IMG/VR virus record: IMGVR_UViG_3300037225_001188
Span: 32,001 to 96,000 of that record
Origin: a virus
DNA: 64,000 nt
Reading direction: 5' to 3' (one strand)
The first letter of the stretch is position 1, and each line of letters opens with the position of its first letter. The notes under the pieces are model-generated. The model worked only from the letters and a program-made list of their open reading frames with translations, was not told where the DNA came from and did no database searches. The position numbers and the translations under genes are program-made. Below, piece by piece: positions 52,236 through 62,539 of the stretch.

Positions 52236-52997
52236 GTGACCCCCGCCCCCTTCCTCGCCTACCTCACCCGCGCCCGCCGCCTCAAGCGCAAGCGGGAGGC
52301 CAAGGTCCGGTGGGCCGACAGCCGGGCGCTGCGCCAAGATAGCCGCGCCGTCCCACGCCTGCTCGAGTTGCTGAGGGACAAGGACGACGAGGTGGTTGCG
52401 GCTGCTGCGGACGCCTTGGGCCACATCGGTTCGCCGGCGCAGCGCGCATGGCGGGAGCTGCTGGACGTACTGTTGGCCAAGTCGCGGCCCGCTTGGGTTC
52501 GCGACACGGCGGCCTACGCCCTCGGGATGATCGGCGAGTCCAACGCTGTCGTCCGGTGCAATCTAGCCGTAGCAGCTCACGACGCCGAGAAGAACGTCTC
52601 GCGCTGTGCCCGGGAAGCTCTAGCAGCCCTTCGCAGCGCAAGCCCCGCACGCGCACGCCGACTGCTTCGCCCGCGGCGTCCCGTGCTCGACCGGCTGCCC
52701 CGCGCCGGTGCGTGGCCTATGACCCGCACCGAGGCCCTCGACGCGCTGCCGGGGGAGGCCCGTGTCATCACCTGTCCGGCCTGCGGCGAGAGCTACGCGC
52801 ACCCGGACGACCACGCACTGCCGTACCCGGCGGCCCCGCGACTGCAACCGCTGCCCGGTTTGCTCCTCGGGGTCGAGTGCGATTGGGGCTGCTGCTGCAA
52901 CAAGAAGGCGACCCGCCTGCGGTACGACGAGAACAGACAGGACTGGCTCCCCGTGTGCCCTGCCTGCGCCACGCTGGCGCGCGTGAGGGTGCCATGA
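52236..52997 (+). CDS. HEAT-repeat protein, probably read into a downstream cassette
   Basis: VPRLLELLRDKDDEVVAAAADALGHIG; VRDTAAYALG. Confidence 0.65.
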   Translation: MTPAPFLAYLTRARRLKRKREAKVRWADSRALRQDSRAVPRLLELLRDKDDEVVAAAADALGHIGSPAQRAWRELLDVLLAKSRPAWVRDTAAYALGMIGESNAVVRCNLAVAAHDAEKNVSRCAREALAALRSASPARARRLLRPRRPVLDRLPRAGAWPMTRTEALDALPGEARVITCPACGESYAHPDDHALPYPAAPRLQPLPGLLLGVECDWGCCCNKKATRLRYDENRQDWLPVCPACATLARVRVP

Positions 52998-53169
52998 CCC
53001 CCGCCCCCTTCCTCGCCTACCTCACCCGCGCCCTCCGGCGGGCGCAGGGGCGGCGTCGCGATGTCGAGGCGTACTCGTGTCAGTGCTACTGGGATGGCGA
53101 GGTCGCCGCCCTCACGCGGGCGCTCAAGCAGGCGAGACATTTCACCACCATCACGAAAGGAGTTGCCCC

Positions 53170-53511
53170 ATGAAGTTCGACGACCTGACGATTGGCGAAG
53201 CGAAGGAGTTGGCGCGGATGTTCGGTGGCACGGTGCCTGCTGCGACGAGCCATCCCTACATCATCGGCCAGAACTACATCATCCGCACGGTTACGATGAT
53301 CGACGTGGGTCGGCTGGTTGAGGTTCACCAGAACGAGCTGGTGTTGGAGGATGCGGCGTGGATCGCCGATACGGAGAGGTGGGCGGACGCGCTGGCGAAG
53401 GGTACGCTGCGCGAGGTCGAGCCCTTCCCGGATGGGCGCGTGATCGTCGGGCGCGGTGGACTCATCGACGCCTGCCAATGGAAGCACGATCTGCCGCGGG
53501 TCCAGAAGTGA
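53170..53511 (+). CDS. Conserved small phage protein
   Basis: IGQNYIIRTVTMIDVGRL...LEDAAWIADT. Confidence 0.75.
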   Translation: MKFDDLTIGEAKELARMFGGTVPAATSHPYIIGQNYIIRTVTMIDVGRLVEVHQNELVLEDAAWIADTERWADALAKGTLREVEPFPDGRVIVGRGGLIDACQWKHDLPRVQK

Positions 53512-53711
53512 CCACCGCGATTCTGCGAGCGGGTTATGATCGGTCGTGGTCGCGGTCGGGGTCGCGGTCGCGGTCGCGGTCGCGGTCGAGGTCGCGGTCG
53601 GGGTCGTGGTCGGGGTCGCGGTCGTGGTCGGGGTCGTGGTCGCGGTCGCGGTCGGGGTCGTGGTCGTGGTCGCGGTCGGGGTCGCGGTCGGGGTCGGGGT
53701 CGTGGTCGTGA
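53508..53711 (+). CDS. Ser-(Arg/Gly/Trp) dipeptide-repeat peptide
   Basis: GTGA overlap with the previous gene; hexamer mosaic TCG-(C/G/T)GG. Confidence 0.6.
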   Translation: MTTAILRAGYDRSWSRSGSRSRSRSRSRSRSGSWSGSRSWSGSWSRSRSGSWSWSRSGSRSGSGSWS

Positions 53712-54950
53712 TGCTACGCGCAGCACGGAGGATGCGATGAGCCTCGACGAGTACATGGATGGGTGGCGGGCTGGTGTGATGTTCGCACATCTAGATCCTG
53801 CGTCTGACGACAGCCACGTCAGCGCAGACGTGCGCTGTGGCTACGCCGCCGGTCGCGCCGCCTACGAGAGCGCGCGGCGGGAGGAGGAGGCGCGGGCGAG
53901 GCGGTGCGAGGTATGCGGTGGGGATGGCGTCGGTCCCGACAATCCGCACGGCCCGAACTGGCCGCAGACGTTCGAGGAGTTCCGCCGCACGCGACCAACG
54001 TGCGGTGCCGTGACAGGCACCGGCCGGAAGCCCGCCCCGGCGGGCGAGGAGTAGGACGATGAGCGAAGGGTGTTTCTCGCCGCGGTACGTCGAGATGATG
54101 AAGAAACGGATCGACATCTGCGAAATCGAGGTGAAGACGGCCAACGCCAAGCTCTACCGCGCCGAACAGCGCGAGGCCGAGTGCCTTGATATGCTCGAAG
54201 CCGCGCTCAAAGTTATGCGGGAGGGCATCGGCACTCCCGATCTGTGCGGGCGCATCGAACGCGCGCTGCGTGATTGGAGGCCGGGTCAGTGACCCGCGCC
54301 GAAGCCACCGCCGCCGTGATCGCCGCCGCGCGTGAGATGCTCGCGAGTTCGGCGCCAAAGCACTGGCCCACGCTCCGCGCGGCCCTCACAGCCCTCGACA
54401 CGCTGCCGGTGGAGGCGCCGCTCAAGCCGGGCGACTGGACGATCATCTGCCGCGAGGGTGTCAACGGCGGCGCGTCCGACCTGTTCTTTCGCGTCGTGCC
54501 CGACGGCGTGGACATCCTGCAGCGGTACAGCGCGACCGCCGTCGCCGCCGATGGCACCGTGAGCTACACCGACGAGATGCGCGTCGACCCCGATGCCGGG
54601 CTGTCGCTCACCCACGCCCAGGCCGCCGAGCTATGCGCCACGCTGGCGCGCGCGAGGGTGCCATGACCCCGCCGCCCGCAAGCGCCGCGAGCACCGCAGG
54701 CGGGTCGCCCAGCGGCGCTACCACGCCCCGCGGACGCCGCCCAAGCCGCGCGCCTACCCGGTGGCGCCTGCGCCCATCCCAGAGCCGACCAGAGGCCCCA
54801 TGGAGCTGCCGATCATGGTGCCGCCGAAGCCGGAGCCGGAGCCGGCGACCTTCCCCGCCGACGACGTGGACGACGACACCGCAGCGCCGGGTTTGTTGGA
54901 CCGCCTCGTCGAGAGCATGAAGACGTGGACGCAGGTGGAGGAGAACCCCG

Positions 54951-56264
54951 ATGTCGACGACCCCGATCCCATCATCTGAGCCGAAGCCAGCGCCGACGTG
55001 GACACCGAAGGGTGTGCCGCGTTGCGCTGCTACCTGTCCGCGCTGCGAGGAGAGCGCGAGCGATCAGACCCACGAGTGCTACCACGTCGACATAGGGCAG
55101 ACGTGCGAGCCGTCGATCCGCATCCTCGCCATGACCGACCGCGACCTGCTCCTGGCGTTCTGCGCCTCGCTCACCGAGGAGGACTTGGATCGCCTCGACC
55201 TGCGGATGAACCCAAATAACCGCACCGACTACGAGCGGCTCGTCGATCGGTTCCTCGCGTCCCGCCGCGCCGTGGACCCCGCGCCCGACCCGCTCGCCCC
55301 GCTGCGTGCCGCCGGCGTGCTGGACCCGCAGACCTGCGAGTGCGGGCACCCGCACGCGGAGCACGACGCCGATGTCAACGGCTGCTACTGCCGCGTCGAG
55401 GGGTGCGACTGCGGATGCCACGAGGCCGAGGCCGCCCGGCGGCGCGCAGACCTCGCCGAGGTCACGCGGCCGAGCGGATCTCGACTGTCCCAAGCCGCCC
55501 GGGACGCCCGCAAGCCCCCGCCGCCCGGCGAGCTGGTTGACGCAGACATGAGCCGGGTGCCGACCGCTCCCGCTGTGAGCCGACCGGCGCGGAGCGCGAA
55601 GGTGCGGCACGCTGGCCTCGCTCCCGGCGCGGTCCAGCGCGAGGCCGACGCCGCTCCGGCGCCGCTCGAGAGCCGCGGTCCGCTTGGCCTCGACTGCGAC
55701 GACTGCGGTGAGGAGGTCGTGCCAGCCGGTATGCCCACGTCCGACGGCGACGAGCACGTCTGCTCCGACTGCGGCGCACGGTGGATGGTGAGCGAGGACT
55801 CCGAGAGCGCGCTGTATCTCGTGCGGCCCGAGGATGACGCCGTGCGTGACGGCGGCTCGTCGCCGGTGATGGTGAGCGAGGAGGACGCGCAGCCGCGTGG
55901 CGTCCCTGACGTTGTTGATGCCGTCGAGGCCGCCTGCCACGCCTGCGACGAGATCGAGGCCGCCGAGGAGCCGCGCTTCGCCCTGAGCACGCACACGGTC
56001 CCGGCCCCCGAGCCCGCGCCGCGGGAGAACGTCGCGACACACTGGGTCGTCTGCTCGTGGATGGACACCTACGGAGGCCGGGAGTGGCGTGCGCGCAGCG
56101 TTCACGCCACCAACGCCCCTCCTTCGTTTGCCCCGTGGGAACACGTCGCGTGGCTCGGGCCGCTGTACCTGGACGGAGCGGAGTCGGGTTCGGCCGAGGC
56201 CGCCGCCCGCGCGGACGGCGAGCGGAGCGGGCTCCCCGAGTGGAAAGGACCGCCCCATGCGTGA
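54951..56264 (+). CDS. Mosaic multi-zinc-ribbon protein
   Basis: Several Cys clusters; motifs shared with 45021-45755. Confidence 0.6.
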   Translation: MSTTPIPSSEPKPAPTWTPKGVPRCAATCPRCEESASDQTHECYHVDIGQTCEPSIRILAMTDRDLLLAFCASLTEEDLDRLDLRMNPNNRTDYERLVDRFLASRRAVDPAPDPLAPLRAAGVLDPQTCECGHPHAEHDADVNGCYCRVEGCDCGCHEAEAARRRADLAEVTRPSGSRLSQAARDARKPPPPGELVDADMSRVPTAPAVSRPARSAKVRHAGLAPGAVQREADAAPAPLESRGPLGLDCDDCGEEVVPAGMPTSDGDEHVCSDCGARWMVSEDSESALYLVRPEDDAVRDGGSSPVMVSEEDAQPRGVPDVVDAVEAACHACDEIEAAEEPRFALSTHTVPAPEPAPRENVATHWVVCSWMDTYGGREWRARSVHATNAPPSFAPWEHVAWLGPLYLDGAESGSAEAAARADGERSGLPEWKGPPHA

Positions 56265-56561
56265 CCCCGCCCGGATCGACCGCATCTGCGACCTCCTGCG
56301 CGCCTACTGGCACGCGCACCCGGACCTGCGGCTCGGGCAGATCGTCGGCAACTTCACGCCAAGGCGGATCGATGCCATGGCCCGCCACTACCCCGAGGCG
56401 GTGTTCCCAGAGAAGCAGCCGAGCGAGCCGTGGCCGCTCACCGAGACGGGCCTCACCCTTGCGTCGGCGTCGCTGGCCCGGCACCTCGCGCGAACATGGG
56501 CCGAGGCCATGAGACGGGACCTCGCCGCCCCCCCGCGCCCCGGCGCCGCGCAGGGGACGCC

Positions 56562-57272
56562 ATGACGGAAGCCGAGCTTGCCGCGCACGTCGTCGCCTAC
56601 CTCGAGAGCCAGCACGCTGACGTGTACCAAGAGGTCCAGATGACGACTGGCTCCGGGATCGCCGACATCGTGGCGCAGACCGGCCCGGTGCTGCACGTCG
56701 TCGAGACGAAGATGTGCCTGTCACTCACCCTCATGGCGCAGGCGTTCGACTGGCTCCCGTACGCGCACTTCGTCTCGGTCTGCATCCCCGATCCGATCCG
56801 CGGCGATGGCTACAAGGCGCGTCGCCCGCGGCACGAAGGGTTCTCTCGTGTCGCCCTGCACCACTTCGGCATCGGCCTCATGTACCTCAAGACGAAGTAC
56901 CGAAAAGAGCCCGAAGTGGACGTCGTGGTGAGGCCCGAGATGCGGCGCCCGAGGTTGGCCTACCGCCTCCGCGATGCGCTCGTGCCCGAGCAGAAGACGT
57001 TCTCCAGGGCAGGTTCGCCGAACGGCAGCGCGTGGACGCCGTACCAGCGAACGTGCCTCGCGCTCGCGGAGTTCGTAGCGGCGCACCCCGGATCGACGCT
57101 GCGCGAGGGCATCGAGGCGATCCGCCACCATTACAGCAACGACAAGTGTGCCATCGCAAGCCTGCGACATTGGATCGAGAAGGGCGTCGTCAAGGGCGTG
57201 CGACTGGACCTCGCCGGGAGGATCGCCACGCTGCACCCGTCGCCCCTCCCCGGCGCCGCGAAGGGGAAGTGA
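56562..57272 (+). CDS. PD-(D/E)XK nuclease-fold protein
   Basis: YQEV...IADIVA...VVETK...MAQA. Confidence 0.7.
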   Translation: MTEAELAAHVVAYLESQHADVYQEVQMTTGSGIADIVAQTGPVLHVVETKMCLSLTLMAQAFDWLPYAHFVSVCIPDPIRGDGYKARRPRHEGFSRVALHHFGIGLMYLKTKYRKEPEVDVVVRPEMRRPRLAYRLRDALVPEQKTFSRAGSPNGSAWTPYQRTCLALAEFVAAHPGSTLREGIEAIRHHYSNDKCAIASLRHWIEKGVVKGVRLDLAGRIATLHPSPLPGAAKGK

Positions 57273-57741
57273 GATGGACTACGTCTACCCGCGCCCGGCA
57301 CCTCCCACCACCTGTCCCAACTGCGGCTGCACCCGCATCGGCCTCGTCGGCCGGCTCAAGCGGCTGTGCAACGGGTGCTGGCGGGTGTTCGTCGTGGGCG
57401 CGCGAGCCGCCGCAAAGGTGACATCGTGAGGGTCGCCCGCTGTCCGCGATGCGGCAAGCCTCCCGAGGAGTACTGGGAACGGTGGACCGACTTCGGCATG
57501 ATCTTCTCGGCGGACGCGCGTGGCGTTCCCGAGCGTATCGGCTACCTTGTCGATGGTGGCCCCGTTGGCGTCGACGCCATCTGCGCCTGTGGCTATCGCT
57601 GGTGTCTGCGCGGCGTGCGGCAGATCACGGAGCTGCGCCCCGACGAGACAGACGACCCCCTCCCCGCCCCCGCGGGCGAGCCCCGGGAGGGGTAGGGCGA
57701 TGAGCCACTGGCCGACCAAGCCCGTGCGGAACGGTGTCTCA

Positions 57742-58245
57742 TCACCCGACCTTGATCGCCCCACCGCCGGCCGGCGCCATCCCGGCCGCCGCGAGGATCG
57801 CATCGGACAGCGGCACGCCCGCGCCCGAGACGCGCACGATCAGCGCGCCCGTCGCGAGGTCGCTGCGAACATCGTAGAGGCCCGGCTCGATGCCGGCCTC
57901 GGTCTTGGCCGCGTCCCACTGCGCGGACTGCGCGGTCTGCGCGTCGGCGAACGCGGTCTGCGCGGTCGTCAGCGCGTCGGCCGCGGCCGTCAGCGCCGTC
58001 TGCGCGGTCGCCAGTGCGTCAGCCACGTCGTCGCCGCGGTCGCTCTGGTACTGGAGCACGTTGGCGTCGAGCGCGGCGAGGTTGGCGCCGTAGGTCGCCG
58101 CGACGTGCGCGGCTTCGGCTGCCACTGCGGCCTTGTAGGCGGCGGCGAGCGCGTCGGCCGTCTCGGGCGCGAGGGAGATCGAAACCTCCGTCGGCGGATC
58201 GGTTGCGATTGGATCGGGCTGCGGGTCGGGGCGGATGATCGGCAT
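57742..58245 (-). CDS. Ala-rich coiled-coil protein, probably virion-associated
   Basis: Co-oriented with the tail genes; RBS. Confidence 0.55.
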   Translation of the reverse strand: MPIIRPDPQPDPIATDPPTEVSISLAPETADALAAAYKAAVAAEAAHVAATYGANLAALDANVLQYQSDRGDDVADALATAQTALTAAADALTTAQTAFADAQTAQSAQWDAAKTEAGIEPGLYDVRSDLATGALIVRVSGAGVPLSDAILAAAGMAPAGGGAIKVG

Positions 58246-58254
58246 GATGCCTCC

Positions 58255-61161
58255 CTATTTGCTCAGCAGTTGCAGCCGCGCGAAGATGGCCCGCGCAGCG
58301 TTGGCGCCCGCGGTGTCTGCGCCTACGGCCACGGGGGTACAGTCCGCGGCGCCCGGTGTCCACGCGGCGCCCGCGTAGGACCCAATGACCGCGGCCCCGT
58401 CCTTGACGACGAGACTGCCCGTCGCAGCGTTCCACTGCACCTTGAGCGTGTGTCCCAGGTTGTCGAGGGTGCCGCACATGATGGCCGCGCCGCCGATGAG
58501 CGCGGGCGTGTTATCCCAGTTCCGCACTCGCAGGTTCGCCGCAGACATGAACAGCGGCGCCAGTTGCAGGTTGCCGGCGTAGTCAATGATGAGTGCTCCC
58601 GGCGCGCCCTCGGCACCCAGGGAGAGCAGGACAGGACGGGTGGAGTAGACCGTGACGGTGTTGCTACCGTAGTTCGCGATCCACGCCTGACCGAGCGCGT
58701 CGATGGCGACACTAAAGGGGTTGACGCCCGTCGCGTAGGTGCCAACGAGGACCTTCGTCGCGACGTTGTAGACCGTGACGGTGCCGCCGCCGTAGTTCGT
58801 GATCCACGCCTGACCGAGCGCGTCGATGGCGACACCATAGGGGCCGGTGCCCGTCGCGTAGGTGCCAACGACCGCCTTCGTCGCAACGTTGTAGACCGTG
58901 ACGGTGCTGGCGCCGTAGTTTGCGATCCACGCCTGACCGAGCGCGTCGATGGCGACACCAAAGGGGTTGGCGCCCGTCGCGTAGGTGCCAACGAGGGCCT
59001 TCGTCGCAACGTTGTAGACCGTGACGGTGTTGGCGCTGTAGTTCGTGATCCACGCCTGACCGAGCGCGTCGATGGCGACATCTCTCGGGTTGGCGCCCGT
59101 CGCGTAGGTGCCAACGAGGACCTTCGTCGCGACGTTGTAGACCGTGACGGTGCTGCTACCGTAGTTCACGATCCACGCCTGCCCGAGCGCGTCGATGGCG
59201 ACACCAACAGGGTTGGCGCCCGTCGCGTAGGTGCCAACGAGGGCCTTCGTCGCGACGTTGTAGACCGTGACGGTGCCGCCGCCGTAGTTCGTGATCCACG
59301 CCTGACCGAGCGCGTCGATGGCGACACCATAGGGGTTGACGCCCGTCGCGTAGGTGCCAACGACCGCCTTCGTCGCAACGTTGTAGACCGTGACGGTGCC
59401 GCCGCCGTAGTTCGCGATCCACGCCTGACCGAGCGCGTCGATGGCGACACCAAAGGGGTTGGCGCCCGTCGCGAATGGGCTCCCCGCCACTGCCACCGGA
59501 GCGCACCCGGCTGGGTTGACGAACCCCGCCAGCGACAACGTGAGCGAGCCCTTGGCCGGGGTGTAGCGCGCGTTCCCGACGTTGGTGCACTGCTCGCTCG
59601 GGATGCTCGTGCTCACCGCCGCCCCGGCCGCAGTCGCACGGTACGCCAGCGGCGGAACCGCGGTGCCCGTCATCGCCCACGCCTCGGAGAACACCACGGT
59701 CCCCGTCGCGGCGCCGATCTGCGGGTAGCAGCGCATGACCGCGCTCGTCTGGCCGGCGTGCGCGCACTGCGCCGACCCGTACCAAGTAGGGCACTTGCCG
59801 TCGGCGTCGGGGTAGGTGGACTCGGCGACGGGCACGGTGCCAGTGAGGGTCTTGCAGATGATCTCCTCGGCGCCTCCGCCGCTGCCAGACAGGTACAGGC
59901 TCACCGTGGCGTTCGTGTCGGCCGCGCCGCGTCGTGCGAGGACGCCAGCGGCGAACGAATCGCCGATGTGAGTGCTGAGCCCGGTCGCCGTGCCCGACGA
60001 AGCATAGCCGCCGTTGGACGTGGAGGCGACCTGCACAGCGTCACGCATGCCCGACGGGCCGTCGGCGGCGGTGAGGGTGGCGTTCGTTCCGGTCCAACCG
60101 GGCAGGTTCGCCGAGTTGATCCCAAGGAACGCCATGCCCACGTTGAGCACCTCGCCAGTGAGCAGGGCGTTCGCAGCATCCACCGGCAGGCTCGGGTGGT
60201 AGGCGAATGGCACCTGCCCCGCGCCGAAGCCGCCGATGCGGTTGCCGGGCACCGCGACGCGGATCGGGTTGGTCCGCGCGTAGGTGTTGGTCACGCCTGC
60301 GAGCCCGGCGGCGAGCGCGTGACGCCAGAAGGCAGCACCGTCGGCCGCGGTGAGTGCGGCGTTCAGGACGTAGCACACCGCGATCTGCCCGGCGAAACTG
60401 CTGGCCGTGTAGCCGAGGCTGCAATGTCCGGCGTTGGTCACGCTGCCGGTATAGGCCGCACTCGTCGCCGAGCCGAGGTCGGAGAACAGACTGACCACTT
60501 TGCCCGTATCGTCGAGAGTGAGGATGAACCAGTGCCATGCTCCATCACGCGGATCGACGGCGATCGAGGCCCGCTGCGTGGTCCCGCTGCCCGCGGCCGT
60601 GGCCCGCAGGTAGGTCGAGGAGCACGAGAGCGTCCAGCCGTGCGTGCCGTCCCACTTCGAGGCGATCCACGTCTCGGTGGCAGCAGCGCCCGGTCGGATG
60701 CGGAATGCCCCATGAACGGTGACGATGCTGCCGTTGGCGTTGCCGAAAGCCGTACCCGCGTCGGCGTAGTATTGCGCTCCGCCGAGTAGCTCAATCGCCA
60801 GCTTCGCCGCGAAGGAACTGCCCCCCGCCAGCGCCACGGCGACCCGGCTGTCCAGCGCCAACGTCTGCGCGAGGTTCGGACCGAGCGCGAGACTGTCGAT
60901 CTGAGCACCGATGTTGGCGCACAGATACGCAGCCTGGACATTGGCCGCTATCGCGGCCGTCCCGGGCATGGCCGCGAGGTATGCCGCCGCCGTCGCCGGG
61001 AACGGCTGCACCATGCCCGCGATCCCCGGCGTGAGCCCGAGCAGGGAGTTGCTGCGCGCGTCGAGCTGCGCCAGCACCTGCGCCGGGGCCGCGATGAGCC
61101 CGCCCCCGCGCCCGTGCAGCGCGAGGCCGGACCCGCCGAGCCCGGGAGCCCCGAGTGCCAT
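58255..61161 (-). CDS. Tail/receptor-binding protein with a LamG-like region and a 7-bladed beta-propeller
   Basis: DGAWHWFILT..FAGQI (LamG-like); seven 40-aa NPxGVAIDALGQAWI repeats. Confidence 0.75.
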   Translation of the reverse strand: MALGAPGLGGSGLALHGRGGGLIAAPAQVLAQLDARSNSLLGLTPGIAGMVQPFPATAAAYLAAMPGTAAIAANVQAAYLCANIGAQIDSLALGPNLAQTLALDSRVAVALAGGSSFAAKLAIELLGGAQYYADAGTAFGNANGSIVTVHGAFRIRPGAAATETWIASKWDGTHGWTLSCSSTYLRATAAGSGTTQRASIAVDPRDGAWHWFILTLDDTGKVVSLFSDLGSATSAAYTGSVTNAGHCSLGYTASSFAGQIAVCYVLNAALTAADGAAFWRHALAAGLAGVTNTYARTNPIRVAVPGNRIGGFGAGQVPFAYHPSLPVDAANALLTGEVLNVGMAFLGINSANLPGWTGTNATLTAADGPSGMRDAVQVASTSNGGYASSGTATGLSTHIGDSFAAGVLARRGAADTNATVSLYLSGSGGGAEEIICKTLTGTVPVAESTYPDADGKCPTWYGSAQCAHAGQTSAVMRCYPQIGAATGTVVFSEAWAMTGTAVPPLAYRATAAGAAVSTSIPSEQCTNVGNARYTPAKGSLTLSLAGFVNPAGCAPVAVAGSPFATGANPFGVAIDALGQAWIANYGGGTVTVYNVATKAVVGTYATGVNPYGVAIDALGQAWITNYGGGTVTVYNVATKALVGTYATGANPVGVAIDALGQAWIVNYGSSTVTVYNVATKVLVGTYATGANPRDVAIDALGQAWITNYSANTVTVYNVATKALVGTYATGANPFGVAIDALGQAWIANYGASTVTVYNVATKAVVGTYATGTGPYGVAIDALGQAWITNYGGGTVTVYNVATKVLVGTYATGVNPFSVAIDALGQAWIANYGSNTVTVYSTRPVLLSLGAEGAPGALIIDYAGNLQLAPLFMSAANLRVRNWDNTPALIGGAAIMCGTLDNLGHTLKVQWNAATGSLVVKDGAAVIGSYAGAAWTPGAADCTPVAVGADTAGANAARAIFARLQLLSK
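58645..59472 (-). repeat. Seven near-identical 120-bp tandem repeats
   Basis: Direct inspection. Confidence 0.95.
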
Positions 61162-61163
61162 GA

Positions 61164-62474
61164 CTACGCGCTCACGCGGGCCGCGCTCACCACCGCGCCC
61201 ACGAACGCCGCGTCGGCGTAGCCCACGAGCACGTCATTGACCGCCAGCGGGCCGTAGGGGACCGGCGTCGGGGCGTTGCTCGACTGCGGCGGGCGCAGTG
61301 CGTAGCCCGAGAGGATCGACCCCGGCGCCCCGGCCGACCCTGCGCCGCGGTACGCCTGCGCGAACGTCAGGGCCGTGTCGGAGCCGCTGGTCACGCACGT
61401 CAGCACGCGCACGGCCTTGGTCACGCCGTCGGCCGTGATGTAGACGCGCATCCCGACCTTGACGTTGCACTCGGGCTGCGTCACGCCGAGCACCTTGCCG
61501 GTGTTGGCGCCGGCCGTGATCTGGAGGTTCGTCCCGTTCGTCGCGGCGGCGTCGGCCACGCCGAACACCATGCCGCTCTGGTTGGCCGCGCCCAGCGTGC
61601 CGCCGTAGGCGTTGGCGAGGGTGAGCGTGACCGCCCCGCCGCCGCCGCCACCGATGGCCGTCACGCGCTCCGCGAAGTCCGGTGTGTCCGCAGCGTTGTA
61701 GAAGAACTGGCCCACGGCGACGTTCATGTCGCCGAAGTGCAGCGCCGTCAGCGTGACCGTCGTCGAGGCGGCGATGGTGATCGTGGCGTCCGTCGCACCG
61801 CCCGCCTTCGTGACCGCGGCCGGCGTGCTCAACAAAACCCGCACGCGGGCCTCCAGCGGCGCCGCCGGCGCGCCGAGCGGCTCGATGGCAAGCGCGTGGA
61901 CGCCCGCGACGCGCGCGGCGCAGACCAGCGCCGGGACGGCCGAGCCCATGACGGTCGAGAGGTGACCCGCGAGGTCCAGTCCAGGTCTGTTCTGCGCCAT
62001 GACGTCGAGGTCAGCCACGCCCGGCCCGTCGGTTGCGAGGGTGACGCGGGCTGCCGTCGCCTTCGTGCCACCGCCCTGCACGAGCGCCTGCGCGTTGCCC
62101 CCGGCGTCCACCGCCGGCATGACCGCCTGCGCTGGACTCGGGAACGCTGCTCCCGGCGCCACCACGTCGGCGCCTACTCGTCTGGAGGCCGTGCGGATGC
62201 CCATCAACGCGCCGCCGAGCGACTCGACCTGCGCAGCCTGGGCGTTGCCGGTGTCGTCCTTGGCCCCGATGACGACGGCCGAGACGACGGCCGCGCCCGC
62301 AGCCTTGATGACGTTGAGCAGCGCCGCGCCGACATCGACGCCGCCGCTGAGGAGCTTGACGTACCAGGGCTTGGTCGCGTCGGTCTGCGGGGCGCCTTGC
62401 GTGACCGTCCCACCTCCGCCTCCGCCACCTCCAACGATCTCGGCTTGGACGGTCTTCTTGCCCTTGTTCGCCAT
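61164..62474 (-). CDS. Gly/Ala/Thr-rich virion structural protein
   Basis: Composition; TVTQG..PWYV and RVTLATD motifs of phage tail proteins. Confidence 0.6.
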   Translation of the reverse strand: MANKGKKTVQAEIVGGGGGGGGTVTQGAPQTDATKPWYVKLLSGGVDVGAALLNVIKAAGAAVVSAVVIGAKDDTGNAQAAQVESLGGALMGIRTASRRVGADVVAPGAAFPSPAQAVMPAVDAGGNAQALVQGGGTKATAARVTLATDGPGVADLDVMAQNRPGLDLAGHLSTVMGSAVPALVCAARVAGVHALAIEPLGAPAAPLEARVRVLLSTPAAVTKAGGATDATITIAASTTVTLTALHFGDMNVAVGQFFYNAADTPDFAERVTAIGGGGGGAVTLTLANAYGGTLGAANQSGMVFGVADAAATNGTNLQITAGANTGKVLGVTQPECNVKVGMRVYITADGVTKAVRVLTCVTSGSDTALTFAQAYRGAGSAGAPGSILSGYALRPPQSSNAPTPVPYGPLAVNDVLVGYADAAFVGAVVSAARVSA

Positions 62475-62539
62475 GGCATTCTCCAAAATTTGGTGTCTTG
62501 CACAACGATAACTGACTTGATACTCTGCTTGCAAGAACC

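Noticed and set aside
53540-53708. GGTCG(C/T/G) repeat as a second guide array or CRISPR
   Set aside because: Period is 6 with a single variable base; it forms an in-frame Ser-X peptide coupled to the upstream gene and has no RAMP neighbour.
58645-59472. 120-bp repeats as a CRISPR array or DGR template/variable pair
   Set aside because: No unique spacers, fully coding, variation not adenine-specific, and no reverse transcriptase in the window.
57520-60789. 1089-aa plus-strand ORF and many other long Arg/Pro-rich ORFs in the track
   Set aside because: Shadow frames of real genes in high-GC DNA; no motifs or RBS.
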